Part shown: one piece after another, positions 48,558-58,372 of the stretch
How positions within the stretch are numbered: position 1 is the first letter of the stretch
Layout of the letters: every line of letters starts with the position of its first letter
Assembly (NCBI GenBank): GCA_964019335.1
Contig: OZ025722.1
Coordinates: forward strand, 248,001-312,000
Length of the DNA stretch: 64,000 bases
Reading direction: 5' to 3'
From: Diplonema japonicum
Lineage: Eukaryota > Protista > Euglenozoa: Diplonemea
Position numbers and translations under genes: made by a program
The notes under the pieces: model-generated
Database searches by the model: none
What the model was told of the DNA's origin: nothing
The model's input: only the letters and a program-made list of their open reading frames with translations

Positions 48558-49337
48558 TTTCCTTTTTCCCCCCCCCTTTTTTTTTTCCCCTTGTTAAATA
48601 TCAGTGGCGGCTCTTCTGTGCTTTGCCTTCTTTTATTAACTTTTTTTTTCCCCCCCCTGATCACGACCTTTATTTTTTCACACATAAGAGGGAACACAAC
48701 AAAAAAAGAGAAAATGGGGGGGGGATTGAAAAAAAAAAAAAGAAAAAGAGAAAAAAAAGAAATTTTCTTTATATGAACTCATCCGGATTAAAATGTCAAC
48801 ACTTTTTTTTTTTTTTTTTTTTTTTTTTCGTTTCTTTTTTTTCTTAATCATTCAATGGCTTCTACGGAATCCCAAGACTATTTCTTCATCGTTGGTATTC
48901 TTTTCCCCGGATGGGCTCTATTTTCCCTCTCGTCTTCTCTGCCCCCTCTTTTTAAAAAAGAAGAAAAACTAAAAAAGAAAAAAAGATACTTATAGTGCTT
49001 TGGTCTCCAGAAGCTCTGCGTGCTTCTTTTTTTTTTTATTGTTCTTCTTTTTCACCATAACCTTATTCCACCCCCCCCCCCCCATTTCTACTGTCCTCTT
49101 CTGTTTCATTATTTCCCCCCCCCTTTTTTTTACCCTTCCTGTCTTCGGATCAGGAAGAAATAAAAAAAATAACAACTGAAAAAATAAATTTCTTTTTTCG
49201 AACCATTGTACTTACTTCCCCCCCTGTTATTTTCTTTTCTTTTCTTTTTCTTTTCTTTTCTTTTTCCCCTTTTCCCTTTTTTTTTCTTAGTAGAAAGTGA
49301 AAGGGAGGTGGTGAATGTGAAAAGAGAAGAAGAAGGG

Positions 49338-49370
<33 letters not shown>

Positions 49371-49820
49371 AAGAAAGAAAGATTTTTTTTTTTAAAAAAC
49401 CAGAAATATTGTCATAAACTACAAAGAGCAAAAGGTAGCATTTGGGAGGGGGCAATTCCTAGCTTCTTATAGAATTTCCCCTTATTGCTTCAGTACTACC
49501 CGACCTTTCTATTCTTTTTCTTTTTTCTTTTTTAGGGGGGGGGGGCTCCCTAACACTCCCATGAGTGATTTATTTTATTTCAAAAAAAAAGAAAAAAAGA
49601 CAGAAGAAGAAAGTCACAAATCTTGTACACTTTCCACCCCCCCCACCTCACTCGTTCCCTTCTTCTTTGCTTTTTATTCTAGTTTTCTTTTTCTTTTTTT
49701 TTTTTTTTTTTTTGAAACATGGATTTTTTTATGTATCATTTTTCTAAATAAAAAAGAGGGTTTTGCTACAGAAGACTTGCTTGTGCAGCTACCTCTCCCC
49801 CCTTCCCTCTTCTTCTTCCC

Positions 49821-49854
<34 letters not shown>

Positions 49855-49891
49855 CCAACTCTTTCCCACTGCTCAAACAATGCGAAAGATG

Positions 49892-49959
<68 letters not shown>

Positions 49960-50301
49960 CAAATCCCTTCCCATTCCCCACCCGCTTGTTTTCTTTTTAA
50001 CTTCTACCCCCCTCCCCCACCCCCTCCCTTCCCCTCCTTTTTTTATATTTCATTTTACACTTTTTTATTTTCTCTTTTTTTTTTTCTCTCTTTCTCTCTT
50101 TCTCTCTTCCCCTCTCTTTCTCTCTTTCTCTCTCTCCCAAAAAAATAACAAAACAAACCCCCCCCCCTGTTCCATTTATTTATATATATATATATTTTTA
50201 CAATTCCCCACCCCCCCCTTTTTTTTCCCCCAAAAAAAAACCATCTCCCACGCCCAGGAGGAGAGGGAGGGAGGGTGGGGGAAAACAACAAAAAAAAAAA
50301 A

Positions 50302-51588
50302 ATGCCACCGTTTTCCGATGAAGTGAGCTCTATAGGATTCCTCTCGGCAGTGTGGGTATTTGAAAAAGCATGCGTGTGGGTGGGAGGCTCACCCCTAGTA
50401 GCGAACATCTTAGTTGGCATGATTCTAGGCCCAGCACTGACAAACATGGTACCTTTCCCTGATGCGTGGAAATTAATAGGAAAGCTAGGCGTTCTTCTGC
50501 TCATTACAGATGGAACCTTGGGCATCGACCTACAAATGGTGAAAAAAATAGGTGTCCGCGCGTTCATAGCAGCATTGGCCGGGGTAGTAGGCCCAGTCGG
50601 ACTGTGTATGCTTCTCACCGTGGTTTTTTACGAAGTGCCTTGGCGAGCAGGGTTGGCCACAGGTGCAGCAATTGCACCCACGTCGCTAGGGTTTTCTGCA
50701 AAACTTTTGCAGGAAACCGGTAATTTGCAAACCCCTCTCGGGCAGCTTATATGTGTTGCGGCGGTTATGGATGACGTTTTGTCGCTGTGCCTCTTGGCGG
50801 AGATCAAAGCTTTGAAAGACTCTTCACCGTCTGCGTGGGACATCGCCCAACCTCTTACGGCGTCTTTCGGTAGCATAATTGTAGGCGCTGTTCTCTCTCT
50901 GTCTGTTCTCCCCGCCTTGTTGCCGCATTTTCTGAACTGGTCCGCGTATCAAGCACTAGACGTGAAAATACAGCGGTATTTCAATGTGTTTTTAATACTC
51001 GGTTTAAGCACGCTGCTCGCCTTCCTCTCTGCCTACGCTGGTTCAAGTGAACTGTTGGGAGCGTTTTGCGGGGCGCTCCCTTTCTCCGCCTTCCCATCTA
51101 TTGTCGAATCGTGGGAAAAATCGAACATGCGATCCCTTGTTGACTGGGGGAGCCGGCTTTTCTTCGCTTGTACAATTGGTTTCGGCGTCCCATCGATTAA
51201 AACCGGATCCGGTGGTCTTCTTGAAGGCGAAGCTGTGTGGAAAGGTATTACGCTTGGTTTTGCAGGATTGGCCGGGAAGTTTTTGGTGGGTTTCCTTGCA
51301 GACCCTTTGACGCTTCCGGACTTCTTCACATTCGGGTGGGCGATGCAGGGAAGAGGCGAGTTCTCGTTCATCTTGGCCGACGAGGCCGCGGAGGAGGAGC
51401 TGTTCGAGAAGGGAACATCCGAGTACGCCTCGGTTGTGTGGGGTTTGCTCATCTGCTGCATTGCAGCGCCAATTGCTTTTAGAGCTGTGCTTAAAGCTGC
51501 TCCACCGAATCCACAAACCGAACCTCCTCCCAGAGAAGTCACTCCCACAACACCTCAGCTTCGTGATGCTACAGAACCCTATGCCTGA
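50302..51588 (+). CDS. Cation/H+ antiporter, CPA2 (NapA/KefB-like) family (~428 aa)
   Basis: About 12 hydrophobic segments; motifs ILVGMILGP, AIAPTSLG, AAVMDDV, LLGAF.G, AMQGRGEF. Confidence 0.88.
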   Translation: MPPFSDEVSSIGFLSAVWVFEKACVWVGGSPLVANILVGMILGPALTNMVPFPDAWKLIGKLGVLLLITDGTLGIDLQMVKKIGVRAFIAALAGVVGPVGLCMLLTVVFYEVPWRAGLATGAAIAPTSLGFSAKLLQETGNLQTPLGQLICVAAVMDDVLSLCLLAEIKALKDSSPSAWDIAQPLTASFGSIIVGAVLSLSVLPALLPHFLNWSAYQALDVKIQRYFNVFLILGLSTLLAFLSAYAGSSELLGAFCGALPFSAFPSIVESWEKSNMRSLVDWGSRLFFACTIGFGVPSIKTGSGGLLEGEAVWKGITLGFAGLAGKFLVGFLADPLTLPDFFTFGWAMQGRGEFSFILADEAAEEELFEKGTSEYASVVWGLLICCIAAPIAFRAVLKAAPPNPQTEPPPREVTPTTPQLRDATEPYA

Positions 51589-51809
51589 CTCCTTTTTTTT
51601 TTTTTTTTTTTTTTTACTGCCAGCCGGACTCTGGCAAAAAGATTTTCCTTTATGTTTCCTTACTTTTTTAATCAGGATAGACAGAAAGAGGATTTAATAA
51701 AAAAAACCTTTTTTGTACAATTTCTTTTTTTTTTTTCGTTTGAAAAAAATCCATAAATAATAACTAATGCAAGCAAAAAAAAAAAAGATTTGGGGGGAAA
51801 AAAAGAATA

Positions 51810-52378
51810 ATGTTGCGAACAACGAGGATGGCGCTGGGGAAGAAGACAGAGTTTGTTGCTAGGCTGGGGAAGTTGACGGAAGGGCTGGAGAAGAAGGTGG
51901 CCCTGAAGAAGCACTGGAGCGAGGTGTACGCAGAGGACTGTGTGATGACGATGGCGGGGCAGGAGGTCAGCGGGCTGAGCAATATCATCGCAGGGCTGCC
52001 TCAGTTCACTAGAAGCTTTGATATTGAACCCGAGATCGTGGAGGTGGTGGGTGATGAAGACGCAGAGAAGTTCGCAGTTTGGTACCGGCACAAGGCTAGG
52101 TTTGTGCAGCCCTATGGAAAGGTCCAGGTATGGAAAAGAGGAAGAAAAAAAAAAAAAAAACTCAGCCCACTGGCCACACCGGCACCTTTGAAGGTGTCAA
52201 CATACACACCGTCGATGCTGAAGGCCGCACCACACACCTTGTTCAGTCCATGGACCTGCTCTCCTATTTTATGCAGGTCGATGCGGCGCCCACCATTTTC
52301 GATGAACAGCAGACCGAGGAGCCTGACCTCGGCGCGGGTGCCGGGACTGTGAAAATCGGTGGTGTGAAAGAACTATGA
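51810..52378 (+). CDS. SnoaL/NTF2-like (ester cyclase fold) protein, probably mitochondrial (exons 51810-52127, 52166-52378; ~176 aa)
   Basis: VYAEDC..; splicing gives YGKVQ|PTGHTGTFEGVNI, the SnoaL PTG motif. The N-terminus MLRTTRMAL resembles a short euglenozoan mitochondrial presequence. Confidence 0.8.
52128..52165 (+). other. Poly(A) GT-AG intron (38 nt)
   Basis: GTATGGAAAAGAGGAAG(A)16CTCAG; removal restores the frame. Confidence 0.9.
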
Positions 52379-52423
52379 AAACGAAAAAAAAAAAAAAAAA
52401 AAAAATCAAAAAAGTTTCTTAGT

Positions 52424-52465
<42 letters not shown>

Positions 52466-52571
52466 GGGCCGTTGCTAACCACTTCGTTCCTATCATAGTG
52501 AATTTTTTTTTTCCACTCTCCGACCCCTAAACTTCAAAGGGTGGGGAAGAAGAAGAAGAAAAAAAAATTCT

Positions 52572-53960
52572 ATGACGCACCTCAACGTGAAACCGCCTGC
52601 TGACTTCCTCCGCACGCTGCGCAGGGCCTCTACTTCAGGAACACCTCGATCGAGACAGAACTCGATTCTGGCCTACGATGTCGTGAAACAAGAGGATGCC
52701 GCAAAGAAAAGAGTCATAGGCGGCGCAATGGGGCAAATCGACAGCATCAAATCCTTAATAGGAATGGTGAAGGGCGTGGCGGGAGGAGTCGTGGGTGAGG
52801 GTGTCTCACCAGAAAGCAAGCTGGACAAGATAGCAAGCCTCCTCGACTCGGTGACGGACAAGCTTCGCAAGCTGGAGATGGTCGTAAAAGACTGTTTAGA
52901 AGCATGGGCCCGATCAACCACCTTACAACAAGAACCCTCAATGAACCAGATGCAAGGTACATCGGGCTCCACACAAAATTCAGGAAAACCTCTTGCAAAT
53001 CTTCTCGACAAGCTTTCCAGCTGCCTCCATCTCGGGTTGGAGTCACTTCTGTACGAGACAAAAGCAGAACGCGGGCACATCTACCTGTACTCGGGGCGTA
53101 AAAGCGACGATTTACAAGTCATCGCAACCGTGGGCACTGCCGCACCAATATCACAGAGCACACCAGTGAAAGTCCCTGTCACGGCAGGCATGATAGGAAA
53201 TGTGTTCACAACGGGAGTTGCTGTGAATCAAGGTGTCTCGACTGTGGACCGTGATCATACGTCAGAAGGTATGAAGTACAGGACAAACGGTGTTTTATGT
53301 ATGCCGCTGCAGGCCTTTGGTTCCGCGGAGCCCATCGGCGTCGTGCAGCTCCTCAACAAGCACAAGGGCGCAACGTCGTTCACGTCGGAGGATGAGAACG
53401 ATTGCTACGTGGCGACGAAGACCCTGTCCTACATGCTAAGGAGGTACCCAGTCGACTGGTTTGCAACATCAGGAAACCCACTGGCCGCACTATCCGCTGT
53501 TCCATGTCCTGGGCCATCTGATAACATGGCGAAAGACAAGTCAATGACAACCGTTTGGAAACATGAGAGCAGGCGATTGGTTTACCGTGTGAACCACTCC
53601 GGGCAGTGTATACGGCAAAAAATGCAAGGGTCGAACCTTCCTAAGATCTCGCCCAGCGCAACGCTTATCGAAGTCGATGCATACATCAAGAACCTTGAAG
53701 AGTGTTGGAAGCGCTCCGTCTCGTTGAATATCGACTACGAGTCCACCCACGACGGCAGGCTCCAGCAGCTCCGCAACATGCGCGAAGAGTCCCGCAAGGA
53801 CAAGTCGCTCATCCACTCCCTTCAAGACACCATCAGCATGCACACTGACGAGTACACCAGCTACAAGGACAAGATCGACAGTGTGAAGCATGACCTGCAA
53901 CGGCTTGTTGACGCCAAGTACTGCAAGACACCTGGGGAGCTTGCAAAGATCACATCATGA
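52572..53960 (+). CDS. GAF-domain protein with coiled coils (462 aa)
   Basis: AERGHIYL, GMIGNVFTTG.AVN, YRTNGVLCMPL, IGVVQLLNK..G..FTSEDE (NKFDE-type GAF motif). Confidence 0.85.
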   Translation: MTHLNVKPPADFLRTLRRASTSGTPRSRQNSILAYDVVKQEDAAKKRVIGGAMGQIDSIKSLIGMVKGVAGGVVGEGVSPESKLDKIASLLDSVTDKLRKLEMVVKDCLEAWARSTTLQQEPSMNQMQGTSGSTQNSGKPLANLLDKLSSCLHLGLESLLYETKAERGHIYLYSGRKSDDLQVIATVGTAAPISQSTPVKVPVTAGMIGNVFTTGVAVNQGVSTVDRDHTSEGMKYRTNGVLCMPLQAFGSAEPIGVVQLLNKHKGATSFTSEDENDCYVATKTLSYMLRRYPVDWFATSGNPLAALSAVPCPGPSDNMAKDKSMTTVWKHESRRLVYRVNHSGQCIRQKMQGSNLPKISPSATLIEVDAYIKNLEECWKRSVSLNIDYESTHDGRLQQLRNMREESRKDKSLIHSLQDTISMHTDEYTSYKDKIDSVKHDLQRLVDAKYCKTPGELAKITS

Positions 53961-54069
53961 CGAAAAAAAAAACACCCCCCCCCGGCCTTCCGGTCTCGAG
54001 GGGTTTTTTCTTTTCTTTTCGTTTTTGAAAAGAGGAAATAGCTTTCCAATATTTTCATGCCCCCTTACC

Positions 54070-54103
<34 letters not shown>

Positions 54104-54134
54104 GATATAAACACCCACACACCCACAGCTACGG

Positions 54135-54911
54135 ATGTATCAGCATATTAAAGTAACCTCCGATGCTGGTGTGGCCACCGTTCTGATTTGCAGGAAGGGT
54201 GTACGGAACTCGGTCAACGGGGCGTGCGCAGCGGAGCTGAGGCACGCCTTCGAGGCGATCGAGAAAGATGAAACGATAAGGGCTGCAGTGTTAGCTGGGG
54301 AAGGTGGGGTGTTCTGTGCAGGTGCGGATCTGAAGAGTGTCGGGTCGCAGGAAGGGGCACCCATCGCTGTGAAGGGTATTAAAGACGGTCCGATGGGACC
54401 CACAAGAATGCTGATGACGAAGCCCGTGGTAGCAGCAGTAGCGGGTCCTGCCGTGGCGGGGGGGCTGGAGCTTGCTTTGTGGTGCGATCTTCGTGTTGTT
54501 GAACACGATGCGTATTTCGGCGTCTTCTGCAGGCGTTTTGGGGTTCCTTTGATCGATGGTGGGACCGTCAGGCTGCCCCGTCTTATAGGACAGTCGCGGG
54601 CCCTTGATATGATCCTGACTGGACGTAAAGTGACAGCAGATGAAGCCTTCTCATGGGGTCTCGCTAACCGTGTGGTTCCTCATGGTGCTTCCCTAGCAGC
54701 GGCGCAAGAGCTCGCTCGTTCCCTCACCCTGTTCCCACAGGCCACCATGAAGGCCGACCGACTCTCCCTTTACCGATCGTTTTCGGAGCCGTTGGAGGCC
54801 GCTCTTCAGGAAGAGATCGACGAAGCCATCAAAACCCTGCCAGACGCCATCGAGGGCGCCAAGCGGTTCATGGGCGGTGCAGGCAGAGGCGGGGACTTCT
54901 CGAAGTTGTGA
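54135..54911 (+). CDS. Enoyl-CoA hydratase/crotonase family protein with C-terminal PTS1 (SKL)
   Basis: FCAGADLK, AVAGGLELALWCDLRV, FCRRFGVPLIDGGTVRLPRLIG; ends DFSKL*. Confidence 0.93.
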   Translation: MYQHIKVTSDAGVATVLICRKGVRNSVNGACAAELRHAFEAIEKDETIRAAVLAGEGGVFCAGADLKSVGSQEGAPIAVKGIKDGPMGPTRMLMTKPVVAAVAGPAVAGGLELALWCDLRVVEHDAYFGVFCRRFGVPLIDGGTVRLPRLIGQSRALDMILTGRKVTADEAFSWGLANRVVPHGASLAAAQELARSLTLFPQATMKADRLSLYRSFSEPLEAALQEEIDEAIKTLPDAIEGAKRFMGGAGRGGDFSKL

Positions 54912-55162
54912 ATTAAAAAAGAAAAAAAAAGATGAACGAAGAAAGAAAAGGAAGAAGAAGAAGAAAAAGAAAAAAAAAGCGTACACTTCCCCGCCACTAT
55001 ACGGTGGATGTCTCTGCGTTCCCCCTCCCCTCCCCTTCCCTTCCTCCCTGGGGTGGTTGGTAGTCTGATAAACTCCCATTCTTTTCTGGTTGTTCTCTAC
55101 CAAAGTGCACCACAGGTTTTATACACGTCATATTGTCTTGCAAGAAGAAGGGAAAAAAGAAA

Positions 55163-56503
55163 ATGCGAGTTGCAATGCTGCTCCCGTTGCTGCTGCTGTC
55201 AGGTTGCAGCTGCCTGAAGATTGGCTTCCTCGGTGACACGAGCGACAAGTCGAGTGCCGGGCTGGCCTACAGGCTGATGCGAGACGACGGCGTTGACCTC
55301 GTGATGCAGAACGGGGACTTCGACTACACGAACAACCCGAAAAAGTGGGGGAGATTCTTGGACTCGAACTGGTTCGGGCACGGCAAGGAGCATGTCGTGA
55401 TGACCAGTGGGAACCACGATATAAAGAAGTGGTATGGAAGCAGAGGTTACCAGAATGTCTTGTACAGCAGAATGTCGAAAGATCTGCGCGACGCGTGCAC
55501 AGGGAGGGACCAAAGCCTGGCGTCCGACTACGGGCTGTGGATGTCATGCAAGTACCAAGGTGTCCACATGGTGATGATCGGGTGGAGGCAACTCTCGCCC
55601 AGCTGGCCCCGCAGGCGCGAAAACTCGACAACAATGCAACCTGCTGTGGACTTCATTGACAACTCGTTCGCAGGGAGCACTGAGCCATGGAGGGTGTGCA
55701 TGTGGCACCGCCCAGAGGGGACATACCAGGCGGGCCATCGCTACCCCAGGGCTTACGGGCTGTCCCAAGCTTTCGATGCCTGTAGGAGGAATGGAGCCTT
55801 CATCGTGTCAGGGCACAGCCACCTGTACAGCAGGACGAAGCTTCTCTCTAGCTTCTCGTCGAGAACGGTGTCGCCTCGCAGCTCTCCCAACGACGTGAAG
55901 CTCTCGTGCGGGGAGTCAATGTTCGTGGTCTCCGGGTTGGGAGGCTGGAACCGTGGCCTTGACAAGGACGGTCCGGCCGCCGGCCGGTCGTGGATCGAAA
56001 CGAGGTACACCCAGTCGGTGGGGACCGAAACCATTGGTGTCCTCGTGTGTGACCTCGCCGAGTCCGGTGAGGGCGGGGAGTGCAGGTACATCATGGGGGT
56101 GAACGCCACTGAACAGGACTCCTTCAACATCAGCAGCACCTGCGGTAGAACAGCTGAGCCAACTGTTGCTCCGGACACACCTGTGCCTGATACACCTGCT
56201 CCAGACACTGTTGCCCCCGATACGCCCCACCCTGATACTTCTGCACCTGCCACACCCCACCCTGACACTTCTGCACCTGATACTTCTGCACCTGATACTT
56301 CTGCACCCGCTACACCGAGTCCCACACCGCCGCCGCCCCCTGCGTGCCCTTCCCGTGTTCCCCTGTGGGGCAACTGTTTACACACACCGAGCTGCTGTGC
56401 TACTCCTGCTAGGTGCTATTCGCAGAGCCAGTGGTACGCGCAGTGCCTGGACTTAAAGAGATTTCCTGGGACTAACTACTGGAACGGCCCAAGGATTGGC
56501 TGA
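55163..56503 (+). CDS. Secreted calcineurin-like metallophosphoesterase with Pro/Thr linker and CBM1-like domain (~446 aa)
   Basis: Signal peptide; metal-binding motifs GD, GDFDY, GNHD, WH, GHSH.Y.R; (PDTxA)n linker; C-terminal LWGNC..CC...C..QSQWYAQC. Confidence 0.85.
   Translation: MRVAMLLPLLLLSGCSCLKIGFLGDTSDKSSAGLAYRLMRDDGVDLVMQNGDFDYTNNPKKWGRFLDSNWFGHGKEHVVMTSGNHDIKKWYGSRGYQNVLYSRMSKDLRDACTGRDQSLASDYGLWMSCKYQGVHMVMIGWRQLSPSWPRRRENSTTMQPAVDFIDNSFAGSTEPWRVCMWHRPEGTYQAGHRYPRAYGLSQAFDACRRNGAFIVSGHSHLYSRTKLLSSFSSRTVSPRSSPNDVKLSCGESMFVVSGLGGWNRGLDKDGPAAGRSWIETRYTQSVGTETIGVLVCDLAESGEGGECRYIMGVNATEQDSFNISSTCGRTAEPTVAPDTPVPDTPAPDTVAPDTPHPDTSAPATPHPDTSAPDTSAPDTSAPATPSPTPPPPPACPSRVPLWGNCLHTPSCCATPARCYSQSQWYAQCLDLKRFPGTNYWNGPRIG
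56168..56316 (+). repeat. 15-bp repeats encoding an (APDTx)n linker
   Basis: CCTGATACTTCTGCA-type units. Confidence 0.8.
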
Positions 56504-57668
56504 AGAGGTGTAATAGGCACACAATCCGAAAACTTAAAAAAAGAAAAACCAACACCACACCACACACCTACCCACGCTAGCGGCTAGTCAAGACGGCGCC
56601 AATATGGTTACTCTCTCCCTCTTTTTTGTTCTGTAAATTTCTTACTTTTTTTTTCATGCCCTGGTGCCAATGGTCGGCCCCCCCCTCCGGCAACCCCGCC
56701 GTGGCTATACGAGGAAATTAAGAGGTTTGCAGTATTTTACTTTATGGCCGCACAAAACAATAATGGCCTTCGCTCCTCTCTCTCTCTTTTTTTTTCTTTT
56801 TTTTTTTAATACAAATATTCTATGATAGAATGATAAACACTTTGATTTCCTCCCTTTTTTTCAGAAACATTCGTTGGGGTGGAGTGCAGTACAGCCCCCT
56901 CAAGAACACGCTCGACAAAGCTGGACGGGCGCTACGGCCTCTCTAGCTTTCAAAGAACGTCTCATATTCCCATATTTAATCACAACAAGAGGGAAAATAA
57001 AAAATAACACAATGGGATGTTGTCTGTTGTCATGTATTTTAATTTGTTATGGGTGAGGAGAGAGAGAAGCAGAGAAGGAAGGAGGTGATCGGTTCGTGGG
57101 GAAAAAAAAAAAAGAACAAGAGGGGGAATATGGTTTATGCGTCATCGCACCTTGTGGGGGGGAGAAGAAAGAAAAAAGGATGGAGGCGGTTCTTCTGCAG
57201 CTTTGTCCGTTTCTCGTGGTTGCTCATGGCTTGATGACACAATGCTGCAGTAGGTACCCTCCCCTGAGCAAGGTAGACCCTCCCCTCATTCAATTTGAAA
57301 AAAAAAAGAAAATCAACCATTCCTTTTTTTCCCTCTTCCGTTTTCCTCTTTCTCCTCACCCCCTTTCTTTACCATTAGTAGATGCGCCTTATTGGCTTTT
57401 GACTACTATTTGCTCTCTACCCCCACCCCCCACCCCCCTTCCGGGCTGAAATAACACCAATTTCTTTTTTTTTTCTCCCTTCTTCTTTTCCTTCCAATTG
57501 TTTGCGTGGGGAGGAAAAGAAAGGGGGGGGGGAGGGGAAAGAGAAAAAAAACCCAATCAGCTCCCTTGTTCTTTTTTTTTTTGTTGTTCTTCCCCCTTTT
57601 TTTTTTCTTCCTTTTTAAAAAAGAAATCCATATTTTGGTGTGAAGAATTCACTCACCACAGCAGGGGG

Positions 57669-58172
57669 ATGCATGCGAGCGGAAACCACCAACACCACAG
57701 CCACCACCACCACCACAGCCACCACCACCGCAAGGACAATGAAGAAGTTTACGCTGGGAGCAAGTACTCAAAGATGGGACAGCCGAGTAAGCTAGTTGGC
57801 ACCAAGCACCACCACAGCCACCATGGCCATAGTCATGGAAATAATAACCACCACCACCACCACCATAAACACCACCGTCACCACCGCCATCAAAAGGGCG
57901 GAGATGAAGAGTCTGGTGCAGGTGCAGCACCACTCCCACCCCCGGACTACAAGCCACCTTCTTCTATTGAGAACCCTTATGGCCTGCACCCAGTGTACTT
58001 CAGGGACGACCCGTACAGCATAGGGAAGCTTGAAAACGATTACCAGTCACCTGATCTACTTGCGGAGGCGCCGAACCCCATACGGCACCCTATTCAGTTT
58101 CTAGAAACCCCTTTGGGACCCTACGCAGCATCGGTGGTGCTGGGATCGGCTGTCATGGCCGTCGGGGTTTAG
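57669..58172 (+). CDS. His-rich protein with C-terminal hydrophobic tail (~167 aa)
   Basis: Two poly-His tracts; ends YAASVVLGSAVMAVGV*. The ATG follows CACCACAG|CAG. Confidence 0.7.
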   Translation: MHASGNHQHHSHHHHHSHHHRKDNEEVYAGSKYSKMGQPSKLVGTKHHHSHHGHSHGNNNHHHHHHKHHRHHRHQKGGDEESGAGAAPLPPPDYKPPSSIENPYGLHPVYFRDDPYSIGKLENDYQSPDLLAEAPNPIRHPIQFLETPLGPYAASVVLGSAVMAVGV

Positions 58173-58372
58173 TTTTTTACACAGTAGGATTTCGCTTTCT
58201 TTTCTTGTTCTTTACTACACGCACGTTTAATTGTTGAGATGGAGGAGGTGGGGGGGGGGTCTTTATTACCTTCTCTTTGTTTTTTTTTTTCTTTTGCAAA
58301 ACAAAACCACCAACGAGAAAAAAAAAAAAAAGAAAAGTAGGGGAGGACGGGGGGGAGGGACAAAGGGTGAAA

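Noticed and set aside
48558-50301. Many poly-Lys/poly-Phe ORFs in this and other spacers
   Set aside because: Translations of A/T runs with no coding-like composition.
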